Positions 1 through 14,218 are shown, numbered from the whole stretch's first letter. The stretch is DNA of 61,960 nt, filler included, from Platydemus manokwari (GCA_037951405.1; 5 parts of 5 records of this genome joined end to end with filler, not necessarily neighbours in it), one strand, 5' to 3'. Notes: generated by a model from the sequence alone, not told the origin. Numbers and translations are program-made.

Positions 1-702
1 ACCATATATGGGACTAAAAAAACAATATGTTTTACCAACACCAGAGAAACTGAGAGCTTTATTCAAAATCAAGCCAACATACTAGATATTTCATCTACAT
101 TGTGATATATCATTTCAATATCCGCCAACAGTCCATCGACAATAAATAATGAGTTGTGTAATAATATATTAAAGTAATAATATTTTTGCTTAAAATAACA
201 CTTAATATATCACGTCTCTAAATATTATAAAAATTAATGAATAATTAAATTTATTTAATAGTAATAAATCAATGTTATTTTTTTTAGAAATTGAAAACTT
301 AAGTTAATTTACATGACGCGTAACATAAATTTTGATCTGTGCAATAAGTGACCATTTAACGCAAAGCATTTTAATGTGAGATAAAAACATTTATGGTGTA
401 TTTCTATCAAGATTTTTAATTTGATAAATCTTTTTAAACATGTTGAAACTTTGTTAAATTTCCATCAATATCACAAAATACTTTGAGTTATTCGAATTAA
501 AAATTATAAATTACTTTGTAATTAAATTAACCAGAAATTTTGTAAATAAATTATAATTTCAAATAAACTTACACTTATCAATTATATTATATTTTTATTT
601 GTACTTCTAGGTTGTACATTTGAAAATAATATTAATTAGGTACAAAGGTCAGGATTTTATTTGTTTAACTTGTTTGTGAATATTGATTTTTGTTTATCAA
701 AC

Positions 703-1077
703 ATGGGTGTTCAAATTGAAAGAATTAAACCTGGTGATGATAGCACATATCCGAAGAAAGGACAAACCGTTGAGGTTCACTATACAGGGACTTTAACTAG
801 TGGTGAAAAATTTGATTCATCTCATGATAGAAAAAAACCCTTGAAATTTAAATTGGGTTGTGGCGAAGTGAGATTTAAGTTTCTAGAATGGATATTGTGA
901 TTACCTAATTTCTAGGTGATTAAGGGATGGGATGAAGGAGTGGCACAGCTTAGTTTGGGCGAAAAGGCTAAATTGATATGCTCTCCTGACTTTGCTTATG
1001 GAGCTCAGGGAATAAAAGGAGTTATTCCCCCAAATTCTGTGTTGATATTTGAAGTTGAGTTGATCAGCATCAAATAG
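703..1077 (+). CDS. FKBP1A: FK506-binding protein 12 (peptidyl-prolyl cis-trans isomerase), 108 aa, 2 exons
   Basis: Exon 703-867 encodes [12 protein letters not shown]...VEVHYTGTL...KFDSSHDR...LGCGE. A 48-nt intron follows at 868-915 (GTGAG...CTAAT...TCTAG). Exon 916-1077 encodes [53 protein letters not shown]. The spliced length of 108 aa and the motifs match the FKBP12 family. Confidence 0.96.
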
Positions 1078-4037
1078 AATTTAAAGCCATTAAAGTTTTT
1101 TCAATTAAAACTTTATTTATGTTATTTAACTAATTACAAATTCATTGTTTTATTTTGCATTTTGTTTAGAAATTTACGTTACTTTGTTTATATACAGAAA
1201 TAAGTTTTGGTGCTTAGAAAACAGTGTTAATCGCATATTTATATTTAACTGTGGGTTTTTGTATCTATAGTGATCTAAGCATAAACTGCTTGTATTGGCT
1301 GAATTAACTGTTCAAAGATTACAGAATTGTCTAGTTCATTTATATTTGGATTTTGATACAGTATTTGATAATCATTGTTAAAAACTGATGTTGTGTACTA
1401 TCCACTTTGAGTATAATGACAATTTTCCTAAGATTTGTGCTCTGATAGTAAATATTCCTGCTTCGCGAACAATTCTCTGAATTTGTTTATTAGATAATTT
1501 GAACTTTACTTTTACTCGATAATTAGTTATTGAATTAAATGTTTCTTTGTGTGATTCTGAATTTTGAATATTTTCATTAAATTAAATAAAACATTAATAA
1601 AAAAAACCTATCAAAAATTAATGAAATTTAATATAATCATCTTAATTGTCAAGTCTTGATATTTTATTTTAAAAATGATAATACTATTATCGGATTACGA
1701 AATGAACGCATATTTATTTATATTTGTTTTGTGTTTGGAATATTCGCACTTATTAATTTACTTGGTAAATGGCAAATAATCCTATTAAATGATTAGAATA
1801 AACTTCGCTACAGATCTGGACAAATCCGATTCTCATTATAAATTCGGTATCTCAATTAATATAGACATTGTCACTGACTACTAAAATAACCTTAATCATT
1901 CAGTCAACTTTATATCAATATCGAGGTCGCCAATATAAGAAGAGATGGCCAAAGCATTCCTACATGCGGAACACAAACATCAGAGTTGGAGCACAAAGGC
2001 GTTAACAGAAATAGCAATGATTGCAATGGTAAAAGGACAACCTGAACGAAGACAGATACTCAGAAAAAGCACATAAAAAAGTTAAAAACGATAAATCAAT
2101 CGGAGAAGATACAACGTTGTTCAATTACGATTATTTTCGCATTCATCAGGAGATTAGTGATTACCTTGTGATCGATTAATTTCCAGATTGTCATTTAATA
2201 CAAACTACAATATATCTACCAGAATTCATTTTATTTTAGCTTTAACATTTATGTTATGCAGCTATTAAGTAATTTATGTACTTTAATTATGTCCACGTTA
2301 GAAAAATCTTTAAATCTATAAGCGATTATCTTCGTCCATTTTCGTTATAAATGGTTGGTTCTCGGTTTTAGGCAACATCATTCTTTATCTATAAAATATA
2401 TTGCACACTTTACACACGATTAAAAATTGTTGACTCACATGACCTCCACTTCATGTCTTTCAACATAGTTTTCCGAATGAATCATACTGAATTTTATTTA
2501 TTTATTTTAATTATTTCGTATTTTTACTAGACGTTTATTTTTAGAATTTATATTATCATTTTATTTTCCATTATTATGCCACATAGACATTATTAACATT
2601 GAGCATATTTTCAGTTCGTGTTTTACTTTTGGCCTTAGAATTCTATATATATATATATATTTGATAAATTAGAATCTTACAATAAATTCATAATATTGGT
2701 AAGTTTGGAACAACATAAAGTTAACAGGTTAGTTAATTTCATTCTGACTCGTTTCTATGAACTAAGTTCTAACTGAAAGTAAACAAAAACAAAATTTTCT
2801 ATTTATAATTTACACAAGGAATATGATGCAACGACAGAAAATAACTCAGTAAATTTCTTTGTAAGCGAGGACTAAGTCACTTCAGCTGTAATACTAGCCT
2901 ATAAACTCCTTCCACCTACTTGTGTAACAAACTCACGTCACAGATATGGTTATTTCTACTTAAGTAATACAAAAAATTCACTAGTAAACAAGAAAATACA
3001 GCATATTACAAATCATTATTCTCATCTGAATTTTTGTTATCATTTGAATTGGTAAATGACTCGGTCGCAGTATTTATAGCATTTTTGTGATGCCTTTCCT
3101 GGAGAACAACATAAAAACTAAGTTCTTTCGCAGTTTTGTTGTGTAAAAATCGAAAATAAATTCCTACAATCGCAACTGGAAATTATCAATTAATTTCAAC
3201 ATTGATTGGCCATGGTAAAATATCTTTCTCATTCCAAAACCCGTCTTCAACCTGACTTCCACGATAGTGCAAATTTTAAATGTATTAAAAGCTCAATTTC
3301 ATTGTTTCACTCCCAGATCCTTTACTTGAAATCGAAATAAGGTTCTAGAACCATGGAGTTTCAAGTATTCATTATATTCTTTTGTTTTGGGATCAAATAT
3401 TCAGCAATTGCAATGTTTATAATAGTAGTAATCATATTATTATTAATTTTTATTATTATCAATTGACATCGTTTATAAACAAACATATTTATTATTAATA
3501 TTCAATAGATATTTAGTTTATTTAATTCTCTATTGATTTTTCAGTATAATAATTTTTGAGCTATGATTTCGTGGAAATTTAATCAAAACTAGTTAACCAA
3601 GTAATTATCGATGCAGATATGATCCAGTGGAAAAGACCATTATTTGCAAACGGGATCTGAAATCTGTACATACCCAGTATTCTACTGGAATATCTAACAA
3701 TAAGATACTGTATTTTTAAAATTACATATTCCCAAATTTATAATAATCGTATATTCTTCTTATTTATCGAGTTAATTCCAAATATCTTGTGTCTCGGTTT
3801 TACTCTACTGTGGTGATTCTTAACCGTCAACTCTTCATTTTCATTAGAGATGCTTGTCTTGCACCCAGGCACGCCTTTTACTGTTATTTTTAGGTCACTA
3901 TACCTTCACAATAGATTTTTGTATTATCCACTAGCTATTAAAATATTAATCTAATTAATTGAATACATTTAATTGAAGTGTGTCTCGCTGTTGTACCGAT
4001 CGGACTCCAGACAATCGGTTGTGTTTCGCATGAAGTA

Positions 4038-4778
4038 TGTAGGTTGCAATTTAATTATAAATAATAATAATAATATAATAGATAACAATAACGCGAATAT
4101 GCTGCAAAATATAATTATAAATCAAATACAAAATTAGTTATAATACAAAATTAGATAACCAAATGTATTACTATAATTATGTAAAAACAGAACTTGCGAA
4201 GTGTGGCTCACTTAACCAGAGGGTAAGATTCAGGATACGAGTAAACCGTACAATGAATAAAAGCTATTAAAAAGGCAGGAGCAAAACGAAGAGAGTTTTA
4301 TTTAATACTGAATCTATCGACACGGTATGAAAATATCGATACCCCGCTGACTAAATCGATTGGCTTGTGGAGATTTCTATGCTTGTTTTGTAGCTGATTA
4401 ATACTGCTTGCTGTGACTAATTTTCTCTGACTGATATACAATCGTAGTGTTTCTGCTAGGTGACTGACACGTGGTTATTTGCAGTTAACTTTTTGGCGAT
4501 TCGCTCCAAATCTCCAGCTTCTTATATATTATTTTCGTTATGCCTTTAACCAATCGCGATTTTTCTTATTTCTGGGATTTTAAAATCCTATTTTTGTTTT
4601 CTGATCAATTTTTGTTATTAATAAATTCTATTTTTAGTTTCTATTTTATTTTTGTAATTATTAAATTCTATTTTTAGTTTCTATTCTATTTTTTGAATTT
4701 TTAATTATGTGGTTATGTTTGTGGGTGTATCATGTTATTTTGTCGCTTTGTGAGTCACTGTGGGTTCGGATCCTAACA
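4038..4778 (-). mobile_element. LTR-like repeat (left boundary uncertain)
   Basis: On the minus strand it begins TGTTAGGATCC, followed by short degenerate tandem repeats (~4585-4710), a CCAAT-like box, TATATATAAG and a downstream AATAAA. No matching TSD was found. Confidence 0.35.
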
Positions 4779-5397
4779 TCATTATTATTTTAGTATCTAT
4801 ATTTTAAATATTATTTTGATTATAATATTTGAATGATGATTAACGGTAACAACCTTTATCTGTCTGGAATCCAGATAAATAAGCTAAAGATCCTAAAACT
4901 TTCCGATTCAATTTAGTTCCAATATATATATCCGAATATTTTTACACATTGCACGTTGGCACTTCGAACAAAAGCCATAAATTATTATTCTAATTTAGCA
5001 AATCTTTAAAAATCAAATAACCACAGTGACTGTCCTAAAATTCGCATAGAGCGATCGATTAATTATGCTTATGTAAAATATTTTTATTCCTTAATCATCA
5101 AGCTAATCGCAAAATCATCTTTGAAAGGTGCCCGAACCAGTGAACCTACAAATACCCCACTCAAGGTCGGGAAAATGATGGCGGTTGAGTAAATATGAAC
5201 ATCAAATAAAAAAATACTATGTTGGCACCCTGGAACTCTTTATCTTGACGTTTTATAGATAATGCATAATTGGAATAATTAAAATGTGACATAAAAATGC
5301 TCACAAACTTCAAGTAATAATAACGAGGTAGAGATGGCTTAATGCCAGTCGTAAGGTGATTTGAATTATATTTTTACTAGAGTCATGCGTTTATGGT

Positions 5398-5827
5398 TGT
5401 AACGTGTGCTACGCTCGTGCCTTATCAGTTTTATTGTTTTATTAAGATCAATGTCATTCGATACTACTACGGTGTTAATCAGTCTCTATGAGCTCTTGAT
5501 TAAGGCCACGGGTGTAATCTACCTTATGTTGATGTTCCTTCACCTCGCACAGCCTTATTGTGAAAAGACAATAGGTGTGGCAGTAGTGACATACTTTAAT
5601 TAACTTAACTATCAATCTCAAATTGTATAACAACTATAATCCTATTTAAAACTATTATTATGTTAATGCCAATGAAAAATGAATTATAACTAAAATTTAC
5701 TTCTACATATATTTATTAATAATTAGCACCAATACAAAGCTGATTAACAACAATAACAAAATAAAAATTACAAATGGGTTTAACAAACACACTATACATA
5801 AACTTATACTTATAACGGACCTTAACA
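5398..5827 (-). mobile_element. 3' LTR of a decayed LTR retrotransposon with adjacent internal remnant
   Basis: Minus-strand termini are TGTTAA...GTTACA, with two AATAAA signals near the 3' end. It is preceded by a short purine run (CAGGAGT) and a decayed ORF-like stretch at 5830-6020. Confidence 0.45.
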
Positions 5828-7230
5828 ACTCCTGGATAAAAAACGGTAACTTACTCCCACTCGCGGAGCAGAACCAAGATTTTTGATCAACAAACTCGAT
5901 AATAAGAGATAAAACGATAAGATTAGTATTTTACATGAATGGATCTTACTCAAAGGACATCCATTAATACTGGGCATATATGGAATATGGTTCTTCTGCA
6001 CTTGCGATCTTCTATTGTGCACTAGATTGACTTACAAAATAACGTGTCTTCGTATAATTGTGGCAGTGAAAATAATGGGAGTGCTAATTCTCTGCGATTA
6101 AATCTAATGCCAGTGAAATTATTATTTTATCGATAGACTTTATTCATTGGTGAGAGAAATTCTCTCTGAATAAATTTATTTCACAGGGAAAATATTTCTC
6201 GATTAAACTTAAACGAGCGATTATTTTATTCTGTAATAGAATTTACATGCGTGATATCTTATTGCGTGTTAATATTTTATAAACTAATTTATTATTTCAA
6301 GGGATTTCAAGGGATTTGCTCTTGGTGGTTTTATTGATATTATTATTTTACGTATATATATAAATAAAAAATGTCATAAATACCAATATTTCAAGCTGGT
6401 TTTTACTCAAATATTCCAAGAGTAGTTAAAATACAAAAAATACACACAAAAAATTGATACAATAAAAATTAATGCACATTTCTTACGTATGTGACGGATT
6501 GTTGTAAAATGTATACAGTGTTACATATAGTATTTTCAATGTGAATTTAGTTGGGCCAAAACCCCAACACATGCTAAAAAATTTTTGCAATCTTCACATG
6601 TTTGCAACACAAACATATACACCGAATTCGTAAATAAATTACCTAGGCTTACAAATTATCAAGGACAATGTTAAATGATTCTTTTCGAGTTTCGTTTGTT
6701 TGTGAATTGAGTTCGTGATTTGTGTTCTTTGTTAATTGAATAAACAATAATATATTGATTTCGATTTTCAGTTTTTAAAAATAACAGTTACAATGATTAC
6801 ATATATTATTAAATCCCTCAACATTTTGTTACAATATTAGCGATTGTATCAATTAATATCAAATGACGCTACAAGAAAGTATCACTTCAATTTAAAACTT
6901 TATGAAATTATAGTACTATCGCAAACCCGAGAGTAGTAGAAAATTAGTCGATAATCATATATAAAACTATTGAATAATTGAATTTCGCATAAAATGCACT
7001 TACCAATATTTTCTCAAATAACCGGATTCATCAGTACACAGTAATACCAAATTGGCCAAACATGAAAAATTTCCAAAATTATTTCGTCAGCTCAAACACA
7101 TACATAAAAAATACAATAAATTTTAAGGGTACTATTTTAAGTTTAAAATAATGGAGTTAAATTAAATATAAGAGTTAGGAAATTTAATTCAACCGATGCA
7201 AAACAATTTATACAAAAAATATACAATTTA

Positions 7231-10200
7231 TTATTCATCAACTTTTGCAATTTTCTCAACAATTTCTGGTGTAAGATCTTCATCTTCTAGTTTCCTTTTC
7301 ATTGCAACTTTTTCACTGTTTTGTCCACCAATTGTTATTTCACTGAAAGTTTCGGCTTTGATTCCTGTTTCATCAACATTTTCATCGATTGTTTCATTGA
7401 GTGATTTGTTTTCGATTTCTGTTTCTTCAATATTTTCATTGATTGTTCGGTCAATATTTTGATCGATTTTTCCCTCAACATTTTCATTCGTTATTTCCTC
7501 AATATTTTCATTGATTGTTTCGTTGATTGATTTATTTTCGATTTCTGTTTCTTCAATATTTTCATTAATTGTTTGGTCAATATTTTGATCGATTGTTTCC
7601 TCAACATTTTCATTGGTCATTTCTTCTACATTGTCATTGGTTATTTCATCAACATTTTCATTGGTCATTTCTTCCACATTTTCATTGGTTATTTCCTCAA
7701 CATTTTCATCGATTGTTTCATTGTCTAATCTGCTTGTCATTGCCAAAGTCTTGAATGAAGAATAAATGGTGTGAATATAATGAGTCATATGCTGAACATC
7801 TCGTATATAATTAACATTGGGAACATCTATTAAATCAGATTTTCTCATTGACACTTGTTCGCTGTCAAGAGATTTCTCCAAAACTGAATAGTGCTCGCCA
7901 TTCACCAATGCTAAATCGGTTTTACGTTGCATCAGTAAATTGAATGACTTTTGCAATTCTTTACATTGGGAGAAAAGAGAAGTTCGACAAAATATGTAAA
8001 GTCCTAATCTCGCTCTTGATAAGGCGACAACCAACCGACGAATATCTCTTAAGTGTCCCACATTTTTTGTCCGAACCAATGATAGAATAATGTAATCGTT
8101 TTGTTGACCTTGAAATCTATCCACAGTGGTTATTTTCGATGGAAATCCAATCTCACTACATCTCTGTCGAACAATATCACGAATTAAATGCTTCTGTCCA
8201 TTATATGTTGTGAGTATCGATATTTTAGATGCTGGATAACCGATGGCACGCATATACATGTATAAAGCAACACAATATTCAGCTTCAGCCAAATTCTGAA
8301 TGAAATGTGGTGTCGGTTCCGTTTCTCCATGACCCAAATAATCGGGAACATTGATCAATTGATAATCATATAATAATCCCGGATTAGCAATGGAATATTC
8401 ATTACTGTTTGTGATTGTTGGTAAATCTTCAAGCACATCATAACGCCAACTGTACAGATTTCGTAAACTCGATCGTGATCGACCTTGAGCATTGAGTTGA
8501 ACAGCTGGAACACCAAGTTTCACCAGTCTGGCAAACATGGATTGGCTCATGTTACAGTAATTTTGGAAAACCATATTTTTAATGACAGGTGGTAATTGGT
8601 TGTGATCACCAATCATCACCCAACGCTTTAAGCGATTCAAATTCGATTGGTCAGGTTTTTGTAATAACAGTGGAATAAAGGTTTCAATTTCCAATATTTG
8701 AGCTGCTTCTTCAATCAATATATTATCATATGTGAATCCCAATTGAATCAGATTTCGACGTCGAAGAGCAGCATGAGTACAGGTCATGGCAACAATTTTA
8801 GCATGTTGTACCAGCAGACTATTTGCTCTTGATAAACCGTTACGCATCAATTCAAATGAACGGAAATCATCGAGTTGAATAAACATATCTAATATATGAC
8901 GGAAACAAGCTTGAGCAATTTGTAAATCGTCATTTAATGATGTTCCAGGAAATAATTCTCTGATCGTGTTTTCATTTTGGAATTGGACAGGAATGAAGAA
9001 ATTGAGGAAAGGAAAACCAATCAAGAATTGTTGATATGTGAAAATATCTGTATATTCGGTATGATTATTGATACAATCTGATTGGAAAGCAGTCCATCGA
9101 GGCATGATTTCTGACAGAAGGAAATATTCTGCTGTTTCACATGTATAAATGGGATCTTCTTGACTATCTGGAGACAACTGAATGCAACCCAAACAACATG
9201 AAAGATTTTCCACTTCTCTCAACAATTGTAATCGTTTCCACAAAACATAATTCACTCGTCCATATTTCGAGAAATCCTTCGTCGTTTCCAGAGCTTCTTC
9301 TCCATGACCAAGACGTAACAAATGTCGTTCATCAATACCGAGATTCATGATTTTCTCAAACAATTGATTCAAAGCTTGATTACTGTGTGTAACAATTAAT
9401 GTGCGTTGATTGGGATAATTGCGATAGATATTGTTAATGATTTGTACAGCAACATCTGTTTTGCCAGTACCTGGTGGACCAATGACCAATGTTAAACCAT
9501 GTTGCATACCAGATCGAATAGCTTCAATTTGTGTTGGAGTGAATGGGATTTGATTACCAGGAACAATGATTGGTGAATTATGTAATGATGGGAATGATGT
9601 AAATCGTGATGGATCAATGAATTTCTGTGCTAATTTGATTGCTGGTCGATATGGTTCCACTTCGATTGACGGCTTCTCAATATTGGAATCAATTTGACTG
9701 GAATCCGATTTATGCATCTCAATCGGTACGAGAGCTTTATCTTCCATAGGTGGAGGAAATTTTAATCGAAATGGTGGACAGATGTTATGATTATGATTAG
9801 AATGAATGATTTGTGATTGATATTTCAAATGATATTGTGGGAAACTCTGTCGAAGATGTTCCAAACTGAGAAATGTATCACCCCAATTTTGATTCTGAAT
9901 ATATCCGGAATTCATTGTGCTATAATGTGCTGCTTCCGGTTGATCATAACCGAGTAATAAATCTTGTAACCAATTCGGAACAACACAATGATCATTCATT
10001 AGATCACGAATCGTATCCAGAACAGCTTTGAAATTGTTTTCCTTCGGTTTTCGTCTCATAAAGATATTGAATGTGTTGTAAACATCTTTGGTTGGACTGT
10101 CTTCATTGACAACATCATTATAATATTGACAAGGATCCAATTTAACACGCCATGTACGAATCGATCCAGTTAATGATTGGATTTTCACTCGTCTTTCTTC

Positions 10201-12093
10201 TTCCGAAATCACCTTGCCATCATTATCCAACAGACCTTCAATCTCACAACCCCTCACATACATCAAACCCACTTGTGACGCCATCAATTCCTTGTTGTTA
10301 TATTTGTGATTAAAAGAAACTTTTGGACAGACAGTAATGAGAAAACATGGATCATGTTTGGCGAGATTATCCCATTCTTTTCTCACAAAATCCGAACTAT
10401 TGATCACAACTGTGATATCAGCTCGAACAAATTGCGGATAACTGCTCTCGATTTCCGGTTTGCCGATTTCAACAACTTGAAAATTATCAATTGGCATTGC
10501 CATTCGAGACCAACCATTGAATGCGACATCACCTTTCTCGTTTTGAACCGGTTTCATCATGCTTAAACATTGTTCGATATCTTGTTTGATCTCATAAGTG
10601 GCTTCCAAACGAAACAAATCGAAATTCCTCATCAGATAATCATGAAATGATAAGTATTGCACCGACAATTTAGGCATGGCAAAATTTTCCTCCAACGAAA
10701 AATATCCATCAGGAATCAGATTCTCGTCATAAATCAACTCTTCCGTTGGATAAAGAGCTAAATTGTTGATCCTATTCAAAGTAGAAGTTCGTTTTTTATA
10801 CGAATAAGAAAGCATCTAAAATATACATTTATATTTCATTATTTATTGACAATTTAACAAATTTAACCTTAATAATATCGTCTTTGGAATAATTTTCCTT
10901 TTGATTTTCCGAAATGATTTGCATGTCACTGGCCAACACTCGAAGATCGTCTTCCGTTTGATCATTCAAAATATTATAAAAATTGTCACCCTTTTCCAAA
11001 AATCCCATATTGGAAATCCACAATTTCCTCATTGGTTCTTTGAATTTGGAATAAGCACAGAATTGTAACTTTTCCAATTTTTGCCTGTGTCGACATTCCA
11101 ATTCCATATCGCTTAAAGTCGATCCCGTAATTTCATCGATTTCGAAATTTGCATAGAAATCCAACATTTCCAATAGTTGGTAAAACAATTTCGAATCTTC
11201 ACTTAATTTAACTAATTCTGAGTTTTGAGATCTAACGATAACATGCTTATCATCGATTACTGCATTTAAATATCGTCTAGAAACCATCATACTTTCCAAA
11301 TTGATAAAAAGAATGAGACAATTTTCCAGATATCGAATCATTAATGGATCAAACTATACAAAATTCAAAAATTACAAATAATTATCAAACAATTTTCACT
11401 TACTTTCAAAGGATTATTAAAATTTAAAACTTCAAGAAAGCAATCTAACAATTTTGGCAAGAATAATCTTCTAAATTTAATATTGGCTTCTGTTTTACTG
11501 TCTGATTTAAAAATTTTTTTATATTTCTTCTTGTACTCTTCATTTTTTGAAAGCTCTTCTTCTAGTCTGGACTTTGTTAAACAAGCCCACATTCCAAGAG
11601 ATAATAAATATTTTATTTCATCAAATACCATTGGCACTTCAGTTAAAGACAAAAAACAATTGTTCAGAAATTGAATAAGAATTATATTCTCTAACATGTT
11701 TTTCTTTATTTCAACTAAATCACGATTTTCAAAAATAGCTGGAAAATTTGACAGAATCATCTCTAATATTTTTTGAAAAAAATCCGAAAATTTACTGGGA
11801 GAACTTTTAAATGTTTCCCATGGACTAACTTTTTCTGATAATTTAATATTCGCTATTACACAAATTGAAATTATAATTTCTTTCTCGTTATGATTAATAT
11901 TTGTTTCATAATTTGGCCATAAATATTTTTCAAAGTATTGTGTGAATTCTAAAGCTTGTACTTGTCGGTGGGAAAAACCAAATTGTAGCATATGTTCATT
12001 ATAAATACGACTGACTACAGCTTCATCAAATTTTTTAATTTCAACAGACCAATACTTTTTAGCGATGTTCTGTATTTCCCAATTATCAGCCAT
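7231..12093 (-). CDS. AQR: RNA helicase Aquarius (IBP160/EMB-4), spliceosomal intron-binding complex subunit, ~1586 aa, 3 exons
   Basis: Exons are 12093-11404, 11353-10868 and 10815-7231. Both introns are phase 0: 11403-11354 (50 nt, GTAAGT...TATAG) and 10867-10816 (52 nt, GTTAAA...TTTAG). The N-terminal region has LEFTQYFEKYLWPNY. SF1/Upf1-like helicase motifs are present: GPPGTGKT, VTHSNQALNQLFEK, AMTCTHAAL, IEEAAQILEIE, IGDHNQLPP, TVDRFQGQQND and VALSRAR. Confidence 0.97.
7370..7725 (-). repeat. Coding minisatellite (24-nt / 8-aa unit) in the AQR C-terminus
   Basis: The protein repeats (E/D)E(I/M)TNEN(V/I) and TIDQNIDQ-type units. A higher-order duplicate, TINENIEETEIENKS(I/L)NETI, is also present. 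Confidence 0.9.
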
Positions 12094-12138
12094 AAAAATT
12101 TATATTAAAAGATTTTAAACTTAAACCACAATAGATCG

Positions 12139-12238
12139 NNNNNNNNNNNNNNNNNNNNNNNNNNNNNNNNNNNNNNNNNNNNTTAATTAATTAANNNNNN
12201 NNNNNNNNNNNNNNNNNNNNNNNNNNNNNNNNNNNNNN
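12139..12238. other. Artificial contig-joining spacer
   Basis: 44 N + TTAATTAATTAA (stops in all six frames) + 44 N. The identical structure recurs four times in the window. Confidence 0.95.
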
Positions 12239-12469
12239 ATTTTGATAGCTTATGAATAGAGCTTCAAAATGACGTGTATGTTAATGATTTGCTACAGCAC
12301 ACACACAAGTGTTTATATCTGGTGTCAAATTCCGGTTATTAAGTTATAGACCCAATATTTCAAAAAATTAATCACTTAAAATCTAGATCAACATTTAATG
12401 TTATGTACTTGTTTATAATATTTTGGTTCAGTAAAGAAAACGAGATTTATTTATAAATATATTGTAATG

Positions 12470-13030
12470 GTGATAATGGATTGAAAATGGTCAGATTGTA
12501 ATATCAACGGATAATACTAAACCTCTTTTGCACTCATTTCTACTTATAAATATTAAATGAGACCTCGATTTGATTCACCGCGACACCGGAACCTGAATTA
12601 CGAAAAATATAAAATTATTGCAACTGAAATCAGTAAGAAATCACGATTGAACGCCAACCTAAATGTAACCTGTGTCGGTATTCTCGGATCCTGGTAACCA
12701 CAAAATAACAAAGTCCCTTCTAAGATAGGCCTGGACAAATCACAGAAAACCTTCATCTCAGGCTTCCTAATAACTGCCTTGCTGAAGAATGCCTTTGAAA
12801 CATGCAGGGCTCACATCGATCAGAAGAAAATGAAAACCATTCGTACAGATGAGCTTTCAATTCAATTATCAGCACTACGTACCAAAATTAATGATTGAAA
12901 CTAATCTTAATAGAGGAAGCTCCAAATGTATATTGTATATATATAAAGAATTTGATTCTATAAAAGCCGTATGCCGACGTGAGTCCTTGTACCACCGCGC
13001 GCTGAATATATTGATGTTCATGCAAAATAA
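12470..13030 (+). mobile_element. 3' end of an RLE-type non-LTR retrotransposon (R2/NeSL-like), decayed
   Basis: Translation gives QIVISTDNTK...LLINIK*DLD...YEKYKIIATEI...LNVTCVGILGSW*PQNNKVPSKIGL. This matches the PD..D..K..KY...VGxLGSW signature of restriction-like endonucleases. A putative 3' UTR follows. Confidence 0.65.
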
Positions 13031-14002
13031 ATTTTAGTCTTCTTTTTGTTATCGCTTTTTGTTTTGTTGGAATGCACAAGCACTTCACTTAAATATAACA
13101 CTGGACACTGTGTGTTCCATATATTATCAAATCAATCAAAATAATAATATAAAACAGGAATATAATCATTATTTTTGATAAATTCTTGGATTTATATAAT
13201 TTGCATAATAATAATAATAATCAACTTGCATAACAGCAATAATCACAGTATAATAATAATAATATTAAATAATTTATAATAATACGAATTATTATCACCA
13301 TAAATTACAACTACATGTTTCAGTATAGAATGATATGATTATCATTATCAACGATATCGTTTAATAATGGTGAAAATTATGCAGAGCATTTTGTTTGCAA
13401 ATACAACCAGAAAATAAACAATAGCAAACTATTTTTCCAGTTCACTAAAGACGTTCGTCCATTGTTTTGCAGAAGGTACATTGGGAAACAAAATCCAATT
13501 GTTAACTCTGACTCTATTTTCATCGGACTTTCAATAATTTCAATTTTTCCATTATCAATCCATTTTGGTAATAACATGCATCACCTTGGTGATAATATTT
13601 ACTAGCTATTTGTTTTTTTCTTTATTATCAACAATATAGGGGTATAGTGAACAGTATTAGCCAAGTAGTCAGTATAATCATTCAAAAGATATATCAGTTT
13701 TATATAAGTATGCGCACACACACACAAAATATATACACAAATGAAGACGTGAAGTAAAATTTGAATACATTATTTTAAAATACAATTTTTTAGTTTTTTA
13801 CCCCAATCAGACATTCCAGAATTAACAACTGAATTCTGTCACTAGCAATACTTTGCTAAAAATATTCTATATTTTGGTTTTGTTATTGGGTTATTCATCA
13901 TCAGTACTGCAGGTTTCAAGGTCATTGGATTGATTGTCAATGTCCAGTAGCGTAAGGGCTTTCCCGAATTGAATATTGGTTTCCTCTGAGCCACTTGGCA
14001 CT

Positions 14003-14218
14003 NNNNNNNNNNNNNNNNNNNNNNNNNNNNNNNNNNNNNNNNNNNNNNNNNNNNNNNNNNNNNNNNNNNNNNNNNNNNNNNNNNNNNNNNNNNNNNNNNN
14101 NNNNNNNNNNNNNNNNNNNNNNNNNNNNNNNNNNNNNNNNNNNNNNNNNNNNNNNNNNNNNNNNNNNNNNNNNNNNNNNNNNNNNNNNNNNNNNNNNNNN
14201 NNNNNNNNNNNNNNNNNN
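14003..14218. other. Intra-scaffold assembly gap (216 N, no linker)
   Basis: Run of N without the TTAATTAATTAA spacer. Confidence 0.95.

Noticed and set aside
661-702. TTG-initiated N-terminal extension of FKBP12
   Set aside because: The ATG at 703 gives the canonical MGV start and 108-aa length.
7196-11674. Plus-strand ORFs overlapping AQR, including the repetitive HFHW ORF at 7569
   Set aside because: Antisense shadows of the AQR coding sequence and its repeat.
12183-12194. TTAATTAATTAA palindrome as a biological motif or piggyBac site
   Set aside because: It is always centred in exactly 44+44 Ns, so it is a synthetic linker.
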